IMG/VR virus record: IMGVR_UViG_3300031774_002347 | Source of the DNA: an uncultured virus (IMG/VR IMGVR_UViG_3300031774_002347) | Taxonomy: Duplodnaviria; Heunggongvirae; Uroviricota; Caudoviricetes | DNA: 20,000 bases | Reading direction: 5' to 3' (one strand) | Notes under the pieces: model-generated | The model's database searches: none | What the model was told of the DNA's origin: nothing | What the model saw: only the letters and a program-made list of their open reading frames with translations | Program-made: the position numbers and the translations under genes | In this document: piece after piece, positions 8,805 through 17,313 of the stretch | Position numbering within the stretch: position 1 is the first letter of the stretch | Layout of the letters: every line of letters begins with the position of its first letter

Positions 8805-9780
8805 TATAGAAAATTTTGATAGAAAGTTTAATAGTATAGGTAGAACCAATGAGTGGAAAGAACTACAGAGAAAGTTCAATGATGCAGAACATATATTTTT
8901 GTTTGGACATGGTGGTAATCTTGGAGTCGCAGACCATGCAGCAATAGATATCTCAAGGTTAACAGATAAGAATGTTATTGCACCAGGTAGTGGAGTTCTT
9001 GCAACATCAATTATTTCAGATGAATCATTTGAAACTTGGTTAGCAAAATGGTTAGAGATAAGAACACGAGGATTGGATACTTCTAAATGTTTGGCAATCG
9101 GTATGAGTTGTTCAACGACTGGAGCATCATCAAACTCATTAGTAAACGCGTTGAATTATGCAGTTGAAAATGGTATGGATGGATGTTTATGGAGTGCACA
9201 ACCAAAGGAAGATTTAGATGAAAGAATTATCCCTATAAGTTTTGATGTTATAAACTACCATACTTCAGAAATATTATCACTCGCGTTAACTTACGAACTA
9301 ATACATAGTGCTGGGTTCAAATGTCCTACGATTGCTGGAAAAGCAAATCAAAGAAGATTTGATGAATTGGGAATAGAATCAGAAGTTAATACAGAAATAT
9401 CTAATCTAAATGTACCACCTGGATTTGAAGATGAACAAAAGAATATTGCAGTTGATTTTGATGGTGTTATTCATAATATGGATAAAGGTTGGTATGATGG
9501 TACTTGTTACGGAGAACCACTACCAGGTAGTTTAGATGCGTTAAAACAATTGTATAGTAAATGGAATATAATAATCTTCACTGCAAAAGGTAGACCAGAT
9601 AGACCATTAGTAAATGGAAAGACTGGTATTGAGTTGGTAGAGGAATGGTTAGATAAACACGATGTGTTACAATATGTAGATGAGATTACTTGGGAAAAGC
9701 CAAGAGCAGAATATTACATTGATGATAGAGGTATCAAATTTACCAATAATTGGGATGAGATTTTAAAGGAAGTATTGTGA
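8797..9780 (+). CDS. Fusion of an SIS-domain sugar-phosphate isomerase (GmhA-like) and a HAD phosphatase
   Basis: N-terminal IFLFGHGGNLGVADHAA and IGMSCS resemble GmhA GNGGS..A.H and ISTSG. C-terminal IAVDFDGVIH, IIIFTAK, KP..EYYIDDR are HAD motifs I-IV. Start reassigned to ATG 8797 (GAGG upstream). Confidence 0.8.
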   Translation: MVNIENFDRKFNSIGRTNEWKELQRKFNDAEHIFLFGHGGNLGVADHAAIDISRLTDKNVIAPGSGVLATSIISDESFETWLAKWLEIRTRGLDTSKCLAIGMSCSTTGASSNSLVNALNYAVENGMDGCLWSAQPKEDLDERIIPISFDVINYHTSEILSLALTYELIHSAGFKCPTIAGKANQRRFDELGIESEVNTEISNLNVPPGFEDEQKNIAVDFDGVIHNMDKGWYDGTCYGEPLPGSLDALKQLYSKWNIIIFTAKGRPDRPLVNGKTGIELVEEWLDKHDVLQYVDEITWEKPRAEYYIDDRGIKFTNNWDEILKEVL

Positions 9781-9920
9781 GTTTTTGGGATAATTTATTT
9801 TGGGGTGAGTTTAAAATCTATCACTGGCTTAAAAACAAGTATTGGGATTGGAAACTCAAAAGAAAAATTGATAAGAAACTGAAAAAATTAAAATCTAAGG
9901 ACCCATTTATTTACAAATGA
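9777..9920 (+). CDS. Small basic Trp/Lys-rich protein, 47 aa, ending KDPFIYK (absent from the ORF track)
   Basis: MSFWDNLFWGEFKIYHWLKNKYWDWKLKRKIDKKLKKLKSKDPFIYK. GTGA overlap upstream, ATGA overlap downstream and an AAGGA RBS; it fills the gap exactly. Confidence 0.8.
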   Translation: MSFWDNLFWGEFKIYHWLKNKYWDWKLKRKIDKKLKKLKSKDPFIYK

Positions 9921-10828
9921 AAGATAATTTTAAAATAGCGGTTATGTTAAACGGACATCCAAAACACTTGGAAACCACTCAACATTTATTTAAACATTGG
10001 AATAATTTATATGATAATATAGAGTTTGATTTTTTTGTGAGTATTTGGGATACAATTGATAATGATTATGAAAAATTTGATACCGCATTAGATTATAATG
10101 AACTCGATTGGACTACTAAATGGGAAGTATTAAAAGAAGAAGATTGTCCTTATGATTTGAAATCACACGAGGCAGGACATCATCAACCACATTATTGTTA
10201 TACACTTAAAAAAGTAAATGATTTGAGAAACTCACACGATGAAGAATATGATGCTGTATTACAAACAAGATGTGATATGGTAATACTTAGAAAAACTTTA
10301 GATGGTCTTGTAGATGAACTCACGAGAAATCAAATAACTGATAGAAATATGTTTTCTAAGAGTGGGATGAAAATTCATAGTGTTTACTCACCAGAACTGG
10401 AGAAATGGAATCATTCATTTTGGACACACGATTATTATTTTTTAGGTTCACCAAAAGTGTTTGATATATTTTCAAAAATGTTTGATGATATGTGGATGAA
10501 TAAAGATTATGATGGTGAGGTGTTAATGCATGTATTTCCAGCAGAACACTTACACTTAAATGGGATTTGTGTTATGAAACCACAGAATGGTGGATTATCA
10601 TTATTAATAAGAGAACCTTATAGATTCTCTGAATATAATGAGGATGGAATTGAAGTTGGTACTCAAGTTATTAAAACACAGGCAAATACAAATCAAGGTT
10701 GGGCATTAGATAATCCCACACCAAAACAATTAACAAAATTAATAGATAAGCATGGGTTGGATTGGATATATGATTCTAAAAATGGAAGAATGATTCAACA
10801 CTATTTTGAGAGGATGCCAAAAGTATGA
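9917..10828 (+). CDS. Putative glycosyltransferase-like protein of glycan loci
   Basis: KIAVMLNGHPK, DFFVSIWD, YDAVLQTRCD, HDYYFLGS follow the KIA..xGxxR...YDxVIRxRxD...DxFxxG pattern common in viral and bacterial polysaccharide loci. Confidence 0.55.
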   Translation: MKDNFKIAVMLNGHPKHLETTQHLFKHWNNLYDNIEFDFFVSIWDTIDNDYEKFDTALDYNELDWTTKWEVLKEEDCPYDLKSHEAGHHQPHYCYTLKKVNDLRNSHDEEYDAVLQTRCDMVILRKTLDGLVDELTRNQITDRNMFSKSGMKIHSVYSPELEKWNHSFWTHDYYFLGSPKVFDIFSKMFDDMWMNKDYDGEVLMHVFPAEHLHLNGICVMKPQNGGLSLLIREPYRFSEYNEDGIEVGTQVIKTQANTNQGWALDNPTPKQLTKLIDKHGLDWIYDSKNGRMIQHYFERMPKV

Positions 10829-11499
10829 GAACATTATACGCAAATGGTTGTAGTTTTACACTTGGGGATGAGTTAAATCATCCTGAAGTTGAAAGGTTTC
10901 CAAATCTGATTGCATATACGAGAGATATGTATGTTGTAAATGAGGCAAGATGTGGAGCTGGGAATGAAGAGATTTGTAGAAAAACTATGGATTATCTTAT
11001 GAAGTATATCGATGATGGAAATGACCCAAAAGATTTGGATGTAGTAATAGGTTGGAGTTTAGTTTCAAGATGGGAATATTTTGATAATGGTTGGAAAGGT
11101 TTAACACCAAACTCAGTAAGTGATAGACAAGATGCTCCATATTATTATTATGGAGTATTTCAATCTACAGAAAAGGATATGTTGGATTTTATGTGGGAAG
11201 TTATGGTTGTGGAATCATTCCTAAAAAAACACAATATAAATTATTTCTTCTTTAAGATTGATGCAGGAGAACATATTATGTGGAATCAGACTGGAGCAGA
11301 GATAATTGATGGGTTTGATTTAGATAAAATTAATAAATTGTATATACAAAATATTGATACGGATAGATTCCCAAGTTTAGTTAATCCAAGTGAAACCTTT
11401 CGTGAGTTTTCATTAGAGTATGCTGGATTAAAACCAGACCATCATCCAAATGAAAAAGCTCACGAATTATTTGCAGAATATATAATGGATAGATTATGA
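10825..11499 (+). CDS. SGNH/GDSL-fold hydrolase (acyl-esterase or acyl-transferase-like)
   Basis: LYANGCSFT (block I Ser), NEARCGAGN (block II), PDHHPNEKAH (block V DxHP). Confidence 0.75.
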   Translation: MRTLYANGCSFTLGDELNHPEVERFPNLIAYTRDMYVVNEARCGAGNEEICRKTMDYLMKYIDDGNDPKDLDVVIGWSLVSRWEYFDNGWKGLTPNSVSDRQDAPYYYYGVFQSTEKDMLDFMWEVMVVESFLKKHNINYFFFKIDAGEHIMWNQTGAEIIDGFDLDKINKLYIQNIDTDRFPSLVNPSETFREFSLEYAGLKPDHHPNEKAHELFAEYIMDRL

Positions 11500-12335
11500 G
11501 TGATACACATATGAAAGCACCACAATTAGAAATAAAACAACCAATCATACACGCTGGTCCACACGCCAGAGATGCAATGAATTATATGCTTGATACTGGT
11601 TATTTAAAAAATAAATATACTAAACCAGATAACATAACCTTTATCACTGCCCACAATTATGTTGATGATGAGTTGGGAAGTGCTGAATCTAAACTACATA
11701 GACACAATCAATTATATGAATTAGAAGATGGTAAAAAGGTTAGTATATTTGAGAAAAATTTAATACATTTAGGTATAGGAACACCCGTAGTTGTTTCTAA
11801 ACCCGTGTGTGGCCACCATATAACGGACGAGAAGATAGTTGAGGAGTATGGTATGTATTCTCACTTAATGAAAGAACAATGGATACTTGAGTATTTGGAA
11901 AACAACAAAACAACAGAATTAACGATGTGGTGTGATGCTGGTGATGTAATATTCAAAGATGACCCACAAAAAATTATAGATATATTTTATGAGTATGATT
12001 GTGAATTGTTATTTATGGGAACAACATTCAGAGCTGGAAACAAGGGTGGATTTCACGGAGAATGGGGTGAGAAAGCTATGAATCACGAAGATAATCAATA
12101 TGGTTATTATTTGAATTGTGGGGTAGTTATAGGAAGAACAGATTTTATGATTGAAATATTGAGAGAAGCATTAAAGTATAAAGATGATAAAAGGTTCACA
12201 CAACACCCACCAGAAGCACCTGAACATAAACAAATGTCAGATGACCAAGAAATATTTAGACACTTACATCCAAAGTATTATCCAAAAATAAAGGTAGATA
12301 ACAAAGACGATAGGAGATTAGCATGGCGATATTGA
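11496..12335 (+). CDS. GT-A glycosyltransferase resembling the PLOD/LH3 GT domain
   Basis: MWCDAGDVIF (F.D..DV), LLFM, YLNCGVVIGR (LNSG..IG), SDDQEIF (DDQ). Confidence 0.65.
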   Translation: MSDTHMKAPQLEIKQPIIHAGPHARDAMNYMLDTGYLKNKYTKPDNITFITAHNYVDDELGSAESKLHRHNQLYELEDGKKVSIFEKNLIHLGIGTPVVVSKPVCGHHITDEKIVEEYGMYSHLMKEQWILEYLENNKTTELTMWCDAGDVIFKDDPQKIIDIFYEYDCELLFMGTTFRAGNKGGFHGEWGEKAMNHEDNQYGYYLNCGVVIGRTDFMIEILREALKYKDDKRFTQHPPEAPEHKQMSDDQEIFRHLHPKYYPKIKVDNKDDRRLAWRY

Positions 12336-12745
12336 TGGGAAAAACGAGAAGAGGATTTACGGCTGGAACAATGGATTTATTACACGCAGGACATATATTG
12401 ATGTTGAAAGAAGTAAAAGAACAATGTCATTATTTAATAGTTGGTTTACATAGAGACCCAACGATTGATAGACCTGAAAAGAATAAACCTATACAATCAG
12501 TAGAGGAAAGAAGAATACAATTAGAAGCAGTAAAATATATAGATGAGATAATTGAATATGATACAGAAGAGGATTTGATTGAGTTGTTAAAGGAGATTAG
12601 TCCTGATGTTAGATTTGTAGGTGAGGATTGGAAAGGTAATCCAAATTTGACTGGTATAGATTTACCAATCAAAATAGTATTTAATACGAGAGACCATAAT
12701 TACTCATCAACCGAGTTAAGAAAAAGGATATTAGAAAATGGTTAG
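12323..12745 (+). CDS. HxGH cytidylyl/adenylyltransferase (TagD/RfaE-like)
   Basis: FTAGTMDLLHAGH, LIVGL, KNKPIQSVEER, VGEDW, YSSTELR. Alternative start at ATG 12335. Confidence 0.9.
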   Translation: MAILMGKTRRGFTAGTMDLLHAGHILMLKEVKEQCHYLIVGLHRDPTIDRPEKNKPIQSVEERRIQLEAVKYIDEIIEYDTEEDLIELLKEISPDVRFVGEDWKGNPNLTGIDLPIKIVFNTRDHNYSSTELRKRILENG

Positions 12746-13499
12746 TATAGAATTAATAATGGCAGAGTTCGGAGAAGAACGAAAAAATATGGGTGGAAAC
12801 TTATTCGAGGGTTCACAGAGATTAGACCCAACATTATCTACATTTTCAAAAGTAATGGGTGATGATTATGATGTAAGTTTAACATTAATAACAGATACAG
12901 AGGTATCTATAAATACAGAATTACCATATACAGTCGAGATGATTACCGATAATATATTTGAGGGTAATTCTACTTCACAAAGAGGTGAAGCAAGATATGG
13001 TAACAGAAGTAATGATTACTATAAAGTAAAGGGGTTGTTGGAATCAGATGCAGATATTGCTATATGTATGGATTCTGATATGTATGTAGTTAATGATGAG
13101 TTTAAAACAATTGTACCACTCACACAAAAATTTGGTATGTGTATACCAGAGAATCCAAGATTACAGGTTAGGTTTGATGGGATTAGAGGAATGGATGGAA
13201 ACTATACTTTAGACGAAGACCCAACGCGTGGAAATGGTATGATAACTAATATGTCACCAATCACCTTAGATACATCAAATCAAAAAGCAAGAGATGTATT
13301 AAAAGAATATTGTAATGAAATGGAAACTAATCCTGCAAGAGGTCCATTATCAATGTGGAGAGCAATATGGAAACAAGGTTGGAATCCAAACATATTACCA
13401 TTTCAATGGTGTGTTTGTGATATGAGTGTTGGTATTAATGATGTGATTTGTTTACATACTGGTCATAAAAAAGTTGCAGATTATTATTTGGAGAAATAA
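12738..13499 (+). CDS. Putative GT-A fold glycosyltransferase
   Basis: YKVKGLL...IAICMDSDMYVV (DxD), ILPFQW, late His (CLHTGH). Glycan-cluster context. Confidence 0.55.
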   Translation: MVSIELIMAEFGEERKNMGGNLFEGSQRLDPTLSTFSKVMGDDYDVSLTLITDTEVSINTELPYTVEMITDNIFEGNSTSQRGEARYGNRSNDYYKVKGLLESDADIAICMDSDMYVVNDEFKTIVPLTQKFGMCIPENPRLQVRFDGIRGMDGNYTLDEDPTRGNGMITNMSPITLDTSNQKARDVLKEYCNEMETNPARGPLSMWRAIWKQGWNPNILPFQWCVCDMSVGINDVICLHTGHKKVADYYLEK

Positions 13500-13501
13500 C
13501 T

Positions 13502-14128
13502 ATGGAAGAAAAGAAAACAAAAGTAGTAATGGTGATGGCACATCCAGACGATGAAATAATATTTGGTTGGCCAATATTTCAAGATGATGATTACGAAAAG
13601 GAAATCATTATGTGTAGTTCAGATTTTAATAATCCAGCAAGACAGGAATATGCTCACAGAAAGTTTTTACTACAAGAGGTGTGTGATAAATATAACATAC
13701 CATTAACTTGTTTTGATTATCCATCAGAGTTTTATAAATTAGAAACTCGTGGTACTACATTAGAGGATATGCAAAACACGATAGTTGATTGTGTAGATTC
13801 AAAGGAATGTGATTTTGTTTTCACACATAATCCTATGGGAGAATATGGACACATAGACCATAAAATGATTTTTGAGTTGATGTACAATAGAGTTGATAAA
13901 CCATTATTAATTACAGATTTATTACAATCTGAAACACATTGGCCATCACATAAGAAGATACCGAGAAGAATCGAAATGGATTTCTACAAACACAAGTTGT
14001 TTGATTGTGAGTTGAATGTTGAGATGTACACAGATATCTACAACATATACAAAAATGGAAACGCATGGACATATTGGAATACACCAGAAACAGAGACAAA
14101 AAAATGTTCTCTTTACAAAATTTATTAA
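13502..14128 (+). CDS. PIG-L/LmbE-family N-deacetylase
   Basis: AHPDDE and THNPMGEYGHIDH metal-binding motifs. Confidence 0.9.
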   Translation: MEEKKTKVVMVMAHPDDEIIFGWPIFQDDDYEKEIIMCSSDFNNPARQEYAHRKFLLQEVCDKYNIPLTCFDYPSEFYKLETRGTTLEDMQNTIVDCVDSKECDFVFTHNPMGEYGHIDHKMIFELMYNRVDKPLLITDLLQSETHWPSHKKIPRRIEMDFYKHKLFDCELNVEMYTDIYNIYKNGNAWTYWNTPETETKKCSLYKIY

Positions 14129-14129
14129 C

Positions 14130-14149
14130 TATTTATTAAAGGTTATATT
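14130..14149 (+). promoter_or_regulatory. TATTTAT motif plus AAAGGTTAT leader (putative phage promoter and RBS)
   Basis: The 21-nt gap reads ctatttattaaaggttatatt. It resembles 1-23 (tttatata...aaaggttatt) and 3194-3201. Confidence 0.4.
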
Positions 14150-14584
14150 ATGAAAAAAGATTCAAATTTAGAGAGTGTTTTAAGAGGTGATGGGATGTCC
14201 GCAGTTGATTGGGATACCTTAAAAAAATATGAAAATGTTACAAATATAAGTCTTAAAGAATTGAGAGACGAGTTAGGACTAGGTTCTTGGGCAGTTAGAA
14301 CTTCATTTAATACAAATTATCAAGGAGTAGTAATTCAACAACAACCAGGTGAGGGTAATAGAAAACACTATCATCCAGAAGCTGATGAGAATTGGATAAT
14401 AATGGATGGTGAGTTTGAGTGGTGGATTGATGGGAAAGGAACTATGAAAGTTAAAACAGGCGATATCATTAATGTTAAAAAAGGAACTTGGCATCAGATA
14501 ACTTGTATTAGTGATGAACCAGCAGTTAGATATGCTATCAATTGGCCAGATGTTATGCATGTGTATGAGGATGATGATGAGTAA
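14150..14584 (+). CDS. Cupin-domain protein (possible sugar isomerase/epimerase)
   Basis: PGEGNRKHYHPEADENWIIMDG...GDIINVKKGTWH (HxH...E...H). Confidence 0.9.
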   Translation: MKKDSNLESVLRGDGMSAVDWDTLKKYENVTNISLKELRDELGLGSWAVRTSFNTNYQGVVIQQQPGEGNRKHYHPEADENWIIMDGEFEWWIDGKGTMKVKTGDIINVKKGTWHQITCISDEPAVRYAINWPDVMHVYEDDDE

Positions 14585-15263
14585 TATTAAGTGGGATTTT
14601 ACTGATAGAAAAGTTTTAATTGTGGGAGATTCACGAGGTATCGGTGAATGTCTTTTTGCAAACTTTGTTGCTGCAGGAGCAGATGTATATGGTATTAATA
14701 GTAGTAATTGTGATATCTCTAACATAGAGGAGATTGATTCTTACTTTACACACAATTTACCAGATGAGATAGATATATTAGTAAATAATGCAGGTATAAC
14801 ATTTGCAAAGAAAATCGAAGATATTTCAGTAGATGAGTGGGATAGTGTAATTGATACAAATCTTAGAAGTTTTTTCTATATCACTAAACAAGTACTATGG
14901 AATATGCCAATGGGTGGTAGGATAGTAAATGTATCATCAATTGCTGGTAGAAACAAAAGTATTGGTAATGCTGGAGTACATTATACATCGAGTAAAGCAG
15001 GTATAATAGGATTAACAAAACAAATTGCTCACGAGGTTGGTGAAAGAAATATTAATGTGAATGCAGTTTGTCCAAGTCAAACAAGAACCGATATGTTAGA
15101 GGAATCTATGACAGAAAAAGAATTAAAAGAATTAGGGAAATTAATACCATTGGGTAGAATCGCAACAAGACAAGAAGTTGTGAATGGAATATTGTTTTTG
15201 TGTTCAGATGAATCATCTTACATCACAGGAACAACACTTGATATAAATGGAGGTCAATTATGA
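14577..15263 (+). CDS. Classical short-chain dehydrogenase/reductase (FabG-like)
   Basis: VGDSRGIG, LVNNAG, NVSS, YTSSK, VNAVCP, IPLGR, DINGG. Start reassigned to ATG 14577 after GAGG. Confidence 0.92.
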   Translation: MSNIKWDFTDRKVLIVGDSRGIGECLFANFVAAGADVYGINSSNCDISNIEEIDSYFTHNLPDEIDILVNNAGITFAKKIEDISVDEWDSVIDTNLRSFFYITKQVLWNMPMGGRIVNVSSIAGRNKSIGNAGVHYTSSKAGIIGLTKQIAHEVGERNINVNAVCPSQTRTDMLEESMTEKELKELGKLIPLGRIATRQEVVNGILFLCSDESSYITGTTLDINGGQL

Positions 15264-15913
15264 GTAATAAATTAACAGCAATAATACCAGTAAGAGCGGG
15301 TTCACAAAGAGTTAAGGATAAAAATATAAAACCTTTTGCAGGAACTACTCTATTAGAAATAAAAATAGAAACACTTAAACGAGTTCAAGGTATCGATGAG
15401 ATAGTTGTAACAAGTGATTCAGAAAAGATGTTGGATATTGCCACTAAGTACAATGTTAGTACTCATAAGAGAGATGAACACTTTGCAAGTAATGAAGTTA
15501 ACAATAGTGATTTTATGCAAAACCTATCCACAATAGTTGAAGATGGTGATATTATGTTTGCACCTTGTACATCACCACTATTAAGTAGTGAAACGATTAC
15601 AGAGATAGTTACTAAGTATAAGACAGGTAATTTTAAAAACATTGTTACTGCTATATCACACAAGCATCATATGTGGTTAGATGGTAGACCATTAAATTAC
15701 AATCCAAGTGATTCACCAAATTCACAAGATTTACCTGATATATATTCGGTAAATTATGGATGTTGTATTTTATCTAAAGAAGATTTACACAAACACAAAA
15801 ATGTTGTATTTGAACCAACATTTTTTTTAACAGATGAAATAGAATCAATTGATATTGATACAGAGTTTGATTTCAAAGTTGCAGAGTATATTTATGGGGA
15901 GTTAAATGTATAA
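15260..15913 (+). CDS. neuA: Acylneuraminate (CMP-nonulosonate) cytidylyltransferase
   Basis: AIIPVRAGSQRVKDKNIKPFAG, VVTSDS, CTSPL, SQDLP, SIDIDTEFDF. Confidence 0.9.
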   Translation: MSNKLTAIIPVRAGSQRVKDKNIKPFAGTTLLEIKIETLKRVQGIDEIVVTSDSEKMLDIATKYNVSTHKRDEHFASNEVNNSDFMQNLSTIVEDGDIMFAPCTSPLLSSETITEIVTKYKTGNFKNIVTAISHKHHMWLDGRPLNYNPSDSPNSQDLPDIYSVNYGCCILSKEDLHKHKNVVFEPTFFLTDEIESIDIDTEFDFKVAEYIYGELNV

Positions 15914-16598
15914 AGAAATATTAGAATTAAAAGATAAACATCTTGGTGATGATATTTGGATTATATGTGCAGGTGGTTCAATGAATTATATTAATTCAAG
16001 TTTCTTCGAGAACAAAATAACAATTGGGTTAAATCAAGTGTACCGACACTTTCCTTGTGATTATGCAGTGATGAAAGATTTATCAGAATCTTCAAGGTTT
16101 GATGCAAGTATTGACGAATTGAAAGGTGCTGAGTTAAAACTATTATTCTCAAAGTTTCACGCTGGACATTATAGTTCTGGAGAAAATAAACCTGAATATT
16201 CAGACAACTTTTATATGTTTGACCATATGGATAATGGGAACAATAAAAAAACAGATGGTAGTTTAGATTTAGATTGTATTGGAACAGATAAGATGGTTTG
16301 TGTAAGGTCAAGTATAACGAGTGCAATGAATATAGCAGCATATATGGGTGCAAAAAATATTATAATAAGTGGTGCAGATAATGGAGCAGTAAATGGGGAT
16401 AAATACTACAATGGTTATATGGAAGGTCACTGGCAATCTTCAGATAACTATGGTGGAATTACTGAATGGTTAGGACTTATTAAAGATATGAATATAGAAG
16501 TTAGAGATAAAATTAAAGAGGTTTATGGGTGTAATATTTATTCATTAAATCCTTTTTGGAATATGGGGTTAGAGGGAAATACTTATGAACCATTCTAA
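15906..16598 (+). CDS. Maf/DUF115 (MptE-like; CstII-related fold) putative nonulosonate transferase
   Basis: LKDKHLG...IWIICAGGSM (GxGPS-like), TIGLNQ, SSITSAMNIAAYMGAKNIIISGAD (YMG..I.L.G.D). Directly follows neuA. Confidence 0.7.
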   Translation: MYKEILELKDKHLGDDIWIICAGGSMNYINSSFFENKITIGLNQVYRHFPCDYAVMKDLSESSRFDASIDELKGAELKLLFSKFHAGHYSSGENKPEYSDNFYMFDHMDNGNNKKTDGSLDLDCIGTDKMVCVRSSITSAMNIAAYMGAKNIIISGADNGAVNGDKYYNGYMEGHWQSSDNYGGITEWLGLIKDMNIEVRDKIKEVYGCNIYSLNPFWNMGLEGNTYEPF

Positions 16599-17313
16599 CA
16601 AAATTGATTTTATAATAGTAAGTTTTAAAAATACAGAATATGTAAAACTTGCACTTGAAAGTGTAGAGAAATTCGTAGACCATCCATTTGATGTAACCAT
16701 AATTGATAATGGTGATGATGTAGAAAGATACAAAGAAATCTATAAAGATAAGGATAACTATCAGATATTAAAAGGCCCACAAGATGGGGTGTGGAAGAAA
16801 CCAGGTGATGGTAGTATAAATCATTCTGCAGGATTAACAATGGGTATGAAAAATACTTCCAATCCAATAGTTTGTTTTTTAGATTCAGATATATTATTCC
16901 TTGATACTTGGACAGAGGATATACTACCACTAATAGAAAATGTTTTCTTGGTGAGTAATAGATTTGATAGAAGTATATGTAGAGAAATGTTTATGATATT
17001 TAAACGAGAGAATTTTGAGAAGTATGATTTGTATCCAGATGCAACTCACATAGATAGTTGTGGTAACATAACTAAGGTAGCAGCAGAGAATAGAGAGAGT
17101 TGTATTATATTAGAGAATACAGCATTTACAATGCAAGGACAATATGTTGGTGATAAATCAAAACACATTTTAAATTTACCACACGGAGAACAATGTTCAA
17201 TCAATCAAAAACCATTCTTCTTCCATTATGGTAGAGGAGAAACAAGACCACAAGAAACCATAGATTTATGGAACAAGGAAGCGAGGAGATACTTAGATGA
17301 TACCACTATTTAA
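16585..17313 (+). CDS. GT-A fold glycosyltransferase (GT2)
   Basis: IIVSFKN, IIDNG, HSAGL..G, VCFLDSDI (DxD). Confidence 0.85.
   Translation: MNHSNKIDFIIVSFKNTEYVKLALESVEKFVDHPFDVTIIDNGDDVERYKEIYKDKDNYQILKGPQDGVWKKPGDGSINHSAGLTMGMKNTSNPIVCFLDSDILFLDTWTEDILPLIENVFLVSNRFDRSICREMFMIFKRENFEKYDLYPDATHIDSCGNITKVAAENRESCIILENTAFTMQGQYVGDKSKHILNLPHGEQCSINQKPFFFHYGRGETRPQETIDLWNKEARRYLDDTTI

Noticed and set aside
2736..14576. ORF-track starts at 2736, 7105, 8761 and 14511
   Set aside because: They create long overlaps with upstream genes. Downstream starts (2781, 7159, 8797, 14577) coincide with domain boundaries and mostly have RBS-like sequences.
14577..15263. Calling the SDR a true fabG of fatty-acid synthesis
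   Set aside because: No ACP or other fab genes are nearby. The sugar-pathway context makes a carbohydrate substrate more likely, so no symbol was assigned.
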